Assembly (NCBI GenBank): GCA_051294905.1
Contig: CM119372.1
Span: forward strand, 29,762,001 to 29,826,000
Direction: 5' to 3'
Origin: Botryllus schlosseri
Lineage: Eukaryota
DNA length: 64,000 nt
This document shows positions 14,162-26,100 of this stretch, piece after piece. A program made the translations under genes and the position numbers. Positions within the stretch are counted from its first letter, which is position 1. The number at the start of each line of letters is the position of its first letter. The notes below the pieces were generated by a model, which saw nothing but the letters and a program-made list of their open reading frames with translations, was not told where the DNA came from and made no database searches.

Positions 14162-17100
14162 ATGGCTTCGTTCGAATATCAACCGCGGATCGAGCGGATC
14201 TTTTATCGCCATGGGATGTTCATGTCGAACCATCCAATCATAATGATATTCTTTTCGGCGATCGTGTTTCTTTGTTGCTGGTAAGTTTATTTTTCTTTAT
14301 ATTATATTGTAAAATGTACTTTTTCCTCTTGTTGATAATTTTCACCTTTAAAATGTGTTCTATCAAGAAAATCTATTATGAATAATATAAGCATTGCTAA
14401 GGTGATCCTTTATGCTAGCCCCTTCAAACTTCCATTGGCGCGGGCCGAATGCAGAAAAATATGCCCCGGCTTAACACTGGAAGTGACACATATCACTACT
14501 CAACTACTTCACAAGTGTACGCATATGTGTAGCCAGTATAAAAGTTTTCGTGGGTAGCGATAAAATTCATGAATTAGTATTTAGTAATGTCATGGACGCA
14601 TTGTGACGTGATGAACACCTATCACGTCATAATGACCTAATGTGAAATTGGGGCCAAACCAATATGCCAACCAATATGTATATAATTCTAACTTGCCTCA
14701 CCTGTAGGCCTACTTACTGTTATATCCCAATTCTTGCTATAGTGCAACTCCCTACAGCAAACTAAGAAGATTTACTTCATAATGAGAATTTGTGAAGATC
14801 ACATATGTGGACTATTTTAAGCTCTATTTTCAATATTGACTCCTCCAAGGCTGCAGTTGGCCTGTGTGCCTAGTTCGGTAATAGACTGCCCAGGGTTATG
14901 CATTTGTTCTATTCGATCGTCATTTGTATTTTGCGTGTTGTATATATCTGTGTGTTGTAGGTTCAACCAATTACTCTCATACTTCGCTTGGTTCTCCAAG
15001 CAATGCCGTTGATTCTGTGTTTTTATTGCAGTTATCCTCTGCTGAATTTGCCTTTACCTGGCAGTGAACCCACAGAGTTTATCACATCAAATGGTTTTAG
15101 CAGGAAGGTGTACACAGTTGGTAAAGATCTGCCATACAATGCTAAAAAAGAAGTGCCGATATGGGTAAGTAAATTGATACATTTATTAGAGGTGGCACCT
15201 TTTTGTAATATGTGTCGGGTATATGTTGTATGATTAATCCCACACTGTGCGATATTCCAGCCTGGCTAAATGCTTTCTTTCTGTAGTCAACTGATCACTT
15301 GTCAACATCCATGTTTCCTTGAAACAAGCAAGGTCAAATGAACTGCAATACCTACTCCCATGTATCGTTATTTCTCTGACATGATTTTGTAGTTTGGGTG
15401 TTAAAGTTTTAACAAGTATGTTGTACACAGCATTCAAGTCTGATTAGTCAAATCCAAAGCCTTAGTTTTTCATGTCCAGGTAGAAGTAGTTTCCAATTTC
15501 TAAGACATCCCTAAAGTACCTGAAGTAGAAGTAAAAATTTGACAGTCGTATGAGTAGCCTACTCTCTGAAGGTAGTAAATTTGATTTGAGACTTTGACAT
15601 GTTACTCTACGTACCATAGTCAATCAGAGGTTGCCTAATTTCACGTTTTAAGAGATCCAACTTTGTGTCTCTGCAAAAAGTCTAATCACACTAACAATAA
15701 TGCAATTCTTAAAAATATATTCAGTCACAGTTGTACAGGTGCTCGACCGCAGTGGCGTAGACAGGGGGGGATAATCGGTGTCCGATACCCCCCGTTTCGA
15801 AGCTCGAAATACCCCCCGTCTTACATATATTTCCATTGATCTAATATTGCTTGTTCTAATTCGATATTCCCCTTATTGCCGCGCGGCATCATCACGCCTT
15901 CGATCAATCAGACAATGCAGTGCGGTGATGCCTTTTTCTCATATTGTTCTCTCGTCTACGGAAGCCCGAAAAACGCATCTCACATGGCTCTACCATCTCA
16001 TCTGAACGATATTATCCAGTTACAAAACCAGAAGTCACAGTAACAGTAACACTCGCATTTAAATTTAAATACCGCGCGAGTTGGTTTTCGTGTTTGACAG
16101 TCTATTGTCAACAAACGTTTAGAACATGCGCGCTAGGCTTGTATCATTAGAGATAGCAGATCCCTCCAGTACCAAAACAGATCGTACTAATCAAATGTTC
16201 TGTATGGAATCTATTATGTATTGATCCAATTTGCGATCATTTAGTTCGGTTGTTGGGTGTGGGTTTCCAGATCTCCAGCCGTTTCGTGTCTCAGGCCTCT
16301 GGCGCATCTGCTGACTGTCCTGTTATAACGCGCTTGGCCAGTAGTAAAACATTGGAGGCTAGGAAAATTAGGCCGCTCTGTGACTCGCGGCGCGTGATAG
16401 TGCTACTCGATGTGCTATTGTAATGACCAGAAGTTATAGTATTGGCCTCGACAATTCGCAATTGTCACTTCTACACCGCAAACGCGTTTAGGAATGCATT
16501 TTGATCGCGAGCCTAAGCCTGCGCCAGGCCACTGTTATTCACGTGATGCAATCGCACAAGCTCGAGCGGTAATTAGTCTTTACCATCTCCACACACCAAA
16601 AATACTACACCATCTTGGCAGACAGTAAAAATCATATTGATTTAAAACAAAATTATTCCAGATTGTTTGTATCTAACGGCAACAGACTATAATTCATTTG
16701 CGTGTCTTCACTGTTCGAGTGTTCGTCTTTGAGCGCAAAATGGAGAGATCTTCCACTATGCTGTAATACGATCTGCGCGCACTTTCGTGATTACATCCTC
16801 GCTTTGGTAATTAAGCTCAAGATACCTCGCTGTCATCGAAATTTGTTTGCTACTTCCATCTGATCTGATACATTGTGATTTGCGAGGTGATCATCGATCA
16901 CCTGCTGCGTTGAGTCATGATCCGCGCGCATGAAACTCTCTGTCGGCAAATAGTGGCGCGCAAGTCAAAAGCGCCTTCCGTTTGTTACTGTAGCATGCGA
17001 CTGCGCATAATAGAGCTATATTTTAAGATAACTGGCAAATGTTCATGTGTATAAAGACGTAAACACAAACGAGATTATCTTACCCTTGTTGTATCGGCAT

Positions 17101-20100
17101 TTGTGTGTATTAAACCGCAATAAAGTGGTTAGCATAACGAATATCATCTTTTCAAAAAATATCCCCCGTTTTAATAAATATCCCCCGGTTTTTTTCGGCT
17201 GGCTACGCCCCTGCTCGACCGTGCCACTCGTACTTTACAACGCCCAATGTAAAAAGTATGGTAAGTAGTTTGCATCGAAAATGCTCAGGTAAAAGTGAAT
17301 GTGAAAAAAGTGAGCATATCCCCTTGAGTGAGCAGTACATGTTGGCATAACATACTTGAGTAAGCCCACTCCAAAAAGTAGAAGTACTTTGTTACCGACT
17401 AGTGACCACCTGTACTTGAGCGCAACATTACTGACTACTTTTAACTATCCCTACTCATGACCATTTGCTCAATACTGTTTGTTTCTTTTTTCCAGTTTCA
17501 TGCCGACAAGCAAGTGGCGTATATACAACAGTTTCTCATCAAGTCGGTGGTTCATCCGTGGCAGGAGGCGGAGTCTCTCGATGGCGTGAAGGCGCCTCTT
17601 GCAAAAATATTCACGTTGTTAGAAGAAATTGAAAACTTTCATCTTGAAGAAGAGTGAGTTGTTGTTGGATTGTCTAGTATCAACAGCAGCGGTGTGCGAC
17701 CTGCGGCCTGTAAAATACTTATATGTCCTATGAAGACGTGCCGATTTTGAATGGTCCCGGGCCCGTAAAATGACTTTCTGATTTGGCTTGGTCTGTTACG
17801 CTTGAACTGAGGTTAAGTGGGCAATGAGAACTTCAAAACACCACTAAAATCGATAGAATATCTATCTTCTAAATTTACAGATGAATATTTAGACAATTTT
17901 TTGATAACAATAAATTTTCCTTAGGGTAACTGCATTGAACAATTATTATTTGTAGTGTAGGTTAGTACCGAATTTTATTGCTAAGCCCTGCCATCACCGT
18001 AACGAGTTTCTTATAAGGTTCCTTTTGACGCCTCATTTAACTCAGCACTATTGATCTTGGCATTGGATAGGCCTATATATGACATGGCTAAAATTGTAGT
18101 TGAATCGATAAAGTACCCTGTATGTCGAGGCATTGTAATAAATGTATTCATTAGAAGAAACTGCATTACAATAACTCAGTCACGGCTACTTACGTAGGCC
18201 TGAGTCTGCTCACACTTCCATGCAATTTCCTGCACTAGCACAACTGCTGATGTCATTATATGCATTTTCATTTTAATCAATTGCAGTGAGAATCACTCCA
18301 TATCGAAGCAATGCTACCATGTTTCGGAAAGTGTTATCAAGCCCAAGAAGAGCATCAAGCCATTGTTTCCGGAATATGGTTGCCTTCTCATGTCGCCGGC
18401 TTTATTTTGGAGTAAAAACTCTCAAAGATTTCAGAGTGACCCAAGTATCATTCATACTATACACAAATATCAAGTGAAAGCCATTCAGACGTCGCCATCT
18501 ATAAAAGGTTAGATTTATTTGCAGATATAGAACAATACATACATACAGTCTTGTAGTGTACTTGAATGAACTGTGAAAGTACTACAGTCCAATGAAGCAC
18601 TTACATAGCCTATTGGTACCATTTAGTGGTTGTCAAAGACGGTAACAAAGTAGTTTCACAATTTGCAATCACCCGAGTTCTGTTGTGGGCTACTTTCAAT
18701 TATCAAAAAACCAAATTAGGCCTATTACTGTTTACTTGCTAAAATTTCCGTAGATGAGACATATGGTTTTTATGAAAGAAATCATCACAATTACGGATTG
18801 GTGTAGATAGACCCTGTATCACCCTAACTGTACCGTATGTTCATGGTTAAAATCCAATATATGTGTGGAATTTATCCGTATGCCCGAATGTGGTCTCAGG
18901 TGTAACATATGTGTCTTGGTTATTCAGATATTCTATATAAATTGGCACAGCTACACCTAGAGGGTATTAATTGTAGTTGTAGTTCATGTTATATTTACTG
19001 AAGGGAATGCTATGTTGCCTGAATGAAACATTACCCAGGAGTTAATATCTTGGGTTATATGTAATATGGGTTACTTTGTTTCAATCGACGCACACACCAG
19101 GCCTGCATATGTGATTATATAATCTATCCTATATGCGATTGTGTTATGACTATCGACTAAGCCACCTGTGACTATTCAGTCATGAACATGTTTCAATGTC
19201 AAACTATTCAAATCCAAGTCAAGTTCAAAGCTAAACTATGCCCATCTCTGTGATGCCGATGCCGTCCTGGATGATTCAGTAACTGTTAACTTTTTGGTTG
19301 TGATACTATCTGTTGATAAAAATATTGTTGAGGATCATGAGAAACCTTTCTCAATGTGTGGTTGTGCATTATGCTATATAACTTGCAGTCTGCAAGTTGC
19401 AGATCAATCAACAATCCATTATCAACAAATGCAGTTGCATATGACCACTGGCCAGAGTAAATTGGTATGGTAGATTTACCTTTGATTTATGATGCAAAGA
19501 AGTTGATTGGAATTTGGTCCAAGATTAATAGTCCTTTTGTTCCATCAGAGCTCAGAATGCTACATATATTTGCTGCTAGATTTAGTCTTCCTTAGTCCAC
19601 ATGATTATCATTTCCTCATTTGCTATGTGTAAATGAAATCAAGTATAGGATTTTTCAACGCTGGTATTTGAATTCATGGTAATTAGTAATTAGCAATATA
19701 AGTAGAAAATCTAAATCCCGCATTTTAAAAAATCTTGTCCAATATAAATAACTGCTTTTTAGATCACCTTTTACTCTGAGTATGAGAAAGGATTTTGAGC
19801 ACTGTAATTGACAGAGCCACTTTGATGCTGCATTGGTAACTTTATCTTTGAATTTCATACCTGGTGGTATTGTGAATGTCGCTGGGAACGGAATATTTTA
19901 ACATCAACTGTAGATTGACTTACATAATTAGCATTGTCTACTTCCAATGCTGAAGAAAAAAGTTGTGTATTTCTACTAGAATAGTTTGGTCTAATGCAGG
20001 GGTTCTCAACCTGGGGGGCGCGAGAAATTTTTGTCAATTTCGTCAATGTCTGTATAAATTGTGCCTAAACATGTGTTTCACATCCATTCTGAAGAGACGA

Positions 20101-23100
20101 TTATAGAAGATTAAACTTCATTCGTATTCTAGAAAGCTTGCCAAACTCAAACTCCAGCAGTCGCGCTCAACGGAGTATAGGCTGACTTCAACTTCATTTG
20201 AACAAATTTTTGATATTCTTCGAAGATTTAGAGAAATTCCTACGTGCAAGTCATTCATTACTTTATAGTTTTGGCAGTTGCCTAAATCTCTGTGCGCTAG
20301 GTAGCTGTTGTTGATGGCTGGCGACATGCACTGCCTAAGACATATTTAGATGCAATATAGGTTGCCAGGTTTTGCCCTCAATTTGGCTATAAATCAACAC
20401 AATTTAATTCATTTCCAAAACTGATCAAATTTAGCATGACAGGACAGAATGACGCCATGCTCTCTGTAGTCAGTACCAGCATCGGATTAGTCTCAGTGCA
20501 ACCTACCGTGAAATTAATTGATGTCCTATTCAATGTTTTTTTGTTATTTTTAAACAAGTTTGGGGAAGTTTGTCAGCAATGTAAAAGACTAAACAACTGG
20601 AATGCGGATTCAAAATTGGCGCAAGATATACCTCATGTATACTATTAGATCAGGGGTGGGCAGCTCGTACGGCCGCATGCGGCCGTAGAAGGGAATTTGT
20701 GCGGCTGTCGACGCCTAATTCAATTAGTATGTGTTGGCTCTTGGCAGCCGAAGACATGCAAATTGCAATTACGAATTCACTCCCGACTTTTCAAGAGATT
20801 TTATTTAATCTTGAAATTTTTTTCGCACTCCGCGCGATTCAACAAGACTTCATTTTTCGATTTTAATGCAGTAGCGCCCTTCTTACTTGGAGCAGGAATG
20901 GGAATACTAAAGAAATAACAATTCTACGTGGCTCTGAAAATTTTTCGCGCTCCACGCGACAATATGCACTCCCAGCAAGTATTCATAACATTGCCACTCG
21001 CGATTTTGGTGCGTACAATAGGCCGTTGTGAAAAGTAGAATAATCCCGAGTTCACAGGGAATGGATATGGACAGTTTACCATAGGTACTTTGCGTCCAGA
21101 GCGTTCATTGCGATTATGCCCTGGAATGAGGCCCTAGGCTACATAAGTAATCGAAATGCGGCCATGATTAGCAAGAAGGTTGCCCACCTCTGTATTAGAT
21201 GATGTGCTCTTTTTGACATGACGATAAATGTAAGGGGAGTCAGGGGGGCGCGATTTTTTCGACCATCGCCAAGGGGGGCGCGTGTCAAAAAAGGTTGAGA
21301 ACCGCTGGTCTTATGGTTTCAAACCAGCATAACAATATAGGCCTATTGGCAAGAGAAGAAGCCTATTGAATAACATTTTTTTATGAATGCTCATTGCTTG
21401 GTAAGAGTATCCACCCACCGTAACATTAACCTACCGCCTTCAGTGTTTGCAGTCGAATTTCTTTTGAGGATGTGGTGAATGTTTGCACTATTTGAAATTT
21501 CACCTCTCTTACCCTGTTGTAGAAGTACTCAACTGAATCATTGACCACTTCTGCTGAAATAATCCTTTAATTGCAAGGAGCGCGTTAAGTACTTGAGGGA
21601 ATTGACAAATTTAAGTAACACAACTGGACTAAAATTATTCCAATCTGTGATTGTCTTGCTTCGAGTACTTGATTCATTTTTCTATCCAATGTTAGTAAGT
21701 AGCTTCACCGTGCACTTGAGAAACCTGAGATTTGATTTGGAAAGCCATAGCTCTACTTTTGCTACATTACGTCATCAGGTAATGAATAGCTTTTGATACA
21801 AAATTTTGAAATCACATGTGTTCTTTATTGAAACATGAGTGATGGTAGTCGTAATTACTAGCCACGTGAGGATTTAATGTTCCTTTAATATTCCCATTTA
21901 ATATTCCTGTTTTACTATACATCATTAATTCAGTATTTCAGTATAAATCAAATGCCAAACTGTAAGAGGTTTTTCCTATAATCATTATTAATTGTGGTGA
22001 AGTGCATTTATTTTCTTCTTTTACAAGTGGAAAGATACAGTAAATCGTATATTCAGGCATCTATTATTGAGTGGTGTGCTGTGGAACTAGACTAGTAGCT
22101 TTGTTGTGCTGTCTAAATATTTGTCTTACCAATTGACGGCTTCCTTATTAATAGATTCAATGGATTGCCTGCACTTAAACATGCTAGACAGCATTGTTAG
22201 TGCACTGATAATTATGTGGACTCTCTGCTATTACTAGTTATAGCTTTAAACCATGTTGTAATATTGATGTTGTCACTCAGGTGTTCCAATATTTGGAGAT
22301 TGTTTGAAGATTTCGCTAACTTCCTAGGAACACATCATTTGATTAATACACTTGATGCACTCAAAAACTTTGTAGGCTGGATCCAGTGGGATACTATATT
22401 GTGGCAGTTTCTCCTTTACTAAGTAAACATGCCCTACAATGAAGCCGCCTGTTGTGATCATGATGTAATGTAACTGTAATCTCTCATGGCAGGATATCAC
22501 GTGTTCAAAGCAATTGTCATTTGTAAAGTGTAACTCGACTGGTTTCATACCATGGATGTGTTTAATTCAAGTTGAATTATCCGTATCAAACGTCTTGAAG
22601 ATGATATTAATTCCTTTGATCATTCAGATTCTTTAATTCAAATTTCGTCAAGTATTTTCCAACACCACACTAATGTATTCTGTAATCTTTATGATTACAT
22701 CAATTCATAGATACTGTGAATTGCATATGCAGTAGGATTTACTTTGCAGTATTCACATTGTTTAAGTAGGCCCAAATATTTGGCAGTTAGGCCGAAGTAT
22801 TTTATAAATGTGAATGCTACATTTGGCTGCTGATGCCTTGTTGAGCATCGTAGGATAGGCCTGATTAGGCATCATAACTCGAGTGATGCATTAGGGTAGA
22901 AATCAATCATGTAATAGCCTGCAATCTTTCGGGGTAAAATACTTACAAGTAGTATGATGTTATTTGTTTGGCATCACTGAGCTATTCCCTGCTCTGTGAT
23001 GGTTGACCAACTATCTGTAATCGTACATTTGCAAACTTTCTGCAACATTTAACCTACTATTTTCAAAATCTAAATTTTTTCGTTAGTGTGTTTTCTCTTA

Positions 23101-26100
23101 TATATTTGACCTTTGGCTGTTAAATTTTATGCAATATTCATTCATTCAATAGCCATATGGTGTAGTTGCAAACATATGTTCCGAAATGTAACTACGCTTG
23201 TGTCTTGATACATTATTTCCTGTGCTTGTAGCTGGAACAAACATCTTTTTATTTATAAGTATTCTTTCCTTTCTAGACAAGAATGTTTGCGTCAATATTT
23301 CCCACCTAATAAATCCCGTGGAATGACGCACACGTTACCTCCGTTCAATAATTTATTAAGTTAGAACTAATAAACCCCAACGTCAACTGCGATTAAAACA
23401 GATACAAGATCTATGTTAACGCGCGCCGACGACCGTGCTGCTGAGTCCCACTTCATCATGTGTCATGGCTGGTTGATCAGCACGCGGGCGCGGCGATTGC
23501 CGGGAACGAAATGAACGAACGAAATGAGTCATATCAATACTCCCCCCTTTTGCGAAGGGCATGGAGACTTAGAGTTCAGCGGTTTCCAGGAAACCAGGAC
23601 TGTTGAAGTCGGCCAGTCTGCTTAGTGCGAGAGCAGTACGCGACTGTGGCACATGTGCTTCGTTCTGCGAACTCTCCGGTTCATCCGGCTGGATGGGGTT
23701 CAGTGCAGCACCTGGTTCTTCCACCGGGTCAGTCAAAGCATTTTGTGGAGGTGGTTCCCACCAGTCTATCAACTGTTAGACCTTTGCAGTTTGGTTCGAA
23801 GTCACGATATCGCCAAAATGCAGTTTTATATCGTTTAGGTGGCGGATAAACTTTTTTCCATCTGAAAGGCGAAGGACCTCTGCACCATCTGCATGCAGTT
23901 TGGTGATTTTGTAGATCTCCGGTCCATAAATCGGTTCAAATTTGGTTCTACCAAAGTTTCGTAAAAGGACTTCTTGTCCTATAGAGAGTTCGCGATCTTG
24001 CCTTTTGTTCGAGGCATTGATGGAATTTTGCCTGGATATTTTCATCTGGAGATCTCTTTCTAACGCTGCTTGTAGCTCCTGGTCACTTAGTATTTTCCGT
24101 GGGAAGTGTCTTTGATACCCTCCTCTCAGCATGAGGTCCCCTGGTGCTTGACCCGTGGATATGTGTGGCGTGGATCGGTATCCTGCCAATAAATCTTGTA
24201 GGGCCCTATCTTTGTCCTGGTGCTGCGCATGGGCTATTTTCATAGCTTTCCCAAGCGGTTTCATGAATGTTTCCACAGGATTTGCCTGTGGGTGATGTGG
24301 ATAAGATTTTTTATGTCTAATTCCACGTTGCTGCGAGAAATCAGCAAAGTCCTTTGAGTTAAACGGCGGACCATTGTCCGTTCGGTGGGCGTCAGGCTGC
24401 CCAAACTGATTGTTGGTGTTTGCTATAGCCGGAATGACATGTTTTGCTGATGTGCTTTTCACTATCTTCACATCGGGAAATCTCGTGCTGATGTCTTGTA
24501 CTACTACGGCATGGCGGTTGTCAGGCATTGGTCCAAATAAATCAATGCTTACCTCATGCCATGGCTTCGTAGGAGGTAAAATCACCTTTTGCGGCTGCTT
24601 GGTGCCGGCGTGAGTGAACTGTTGGCAAACTTGGCAGGCTTTTATCTTGTCTTCTGCCAATTTGTTCAGTTCTGGAATCCAAAAATGGCTTCGTATACGA
24701 CGTTTCAGGTTAGTTAGACCTGGGTGCCCACCCTGATGAGCTTTGTCAATTGCTACTTCCCACAAAGCCTTGGGTAGAATAATTTTATCTTGCTTGAGCA
24801 TTAGGCCATTAGATAATGTAATCTGATCGATGAATTTCCGGAACATGTCGAGCGACGAGTCCTTCTTTGGAATATATCCTTTTCGTATGCATTTGCGGAG
24901 GCGTGCCAGTGTCTTGTCAGACTTTGTTTCTTCGATGACACGGTCCATCACTACAGATTCAGTGTAAGGAGCATGCTGTAAGAGATACACTGTTCTCTCT
25001 AGTTCGTTGGCTTCTCTTAGCCACGACCTTGGAGCGGATTCTATAGATTCAGCGTGTCTTGACAAGTAGTCCGCTGGGTTCACAGAACCCTTCTTCCACA
25101 CAACTTTGTACGGTATGTCTTGGTGTCGCATCTTGATTCTGTCTGTTCTGATTGAGCCTTTCCTTGAGCTTCCGAATATACCCAATAGGGGTTTGTGGTC
25201 GGTGAGGATTGTGACCTCCGGACCCCCTGCAATGTAATTGCGAAAACGTTGCAGTCCGAAGTCGATTGCCATTGCTTCTAGGTCCAGTTGAGGGTAGCGT
25301 GTCTCTTCGGCCTCGTTGAACGGCTTGCGAATGCGACCACTTGGGCATTTTCAGGATTATCACCTTGAGCTAAGATTGCAGATATCCCCGAGACATGGGC
25401 ATCTACAAATATGAAGGTTTTGGCTTCAATGTCGAAAAAGCGCAGTGAAGTGTCGACGCTCAAGGCCTTTTTGAGGGAATTGAATTCCTTCTGACAGGCC
25501 TCCGACCATCGGAATCGCTGATTTTCCCTAGTCAGCTCGCGCAGACGTTGAGTTCTTCGCGATAGATGGGGTATGAAGTCCCCGAATGACTGTATGAAGC
25601 AAAGGAATGACATAACTTCATCCTTAGATCGAGGGCGTGAAGCGTTGTCTAGCGCAGAAATTTTGCCCGGATCTGGTTTGACCCCGTGACGAGAAACCAC
25701 CATACCCCAAAAAGGTATTTCAGATTTCTTGAGGATACATTTATTTGGGTTCAAAGTCATCCCTGCTTCTGAAATGCGCTTTAGCACCGTGTCTAATGCT
25801 TTGTCGTGCTCTTCGCCGGATTTGCCTGCAATAATAACATCGTCGTGTATCACGTAGGCTCCACTCACGTTTGCGAATAGCGGCATCAACGCTCTGGTTA
25901 ATTCGCCGGACGCAGGCTTGGCTCCCATGGTTAGCTTTCGATATCGCATAAGCCTGTGGCCTGCATGGAAGACTGTGAGCGCTCTTGATTCTTCATCCAG
26001 CAAGAGCTGATGAAACGCAGATTTAAAATCCAGCTTGCTGAATACTGAATTTCCCGATAGTTTGGCTTTAATTTCTTCCACCCTTGGAATTGGGATGTTG

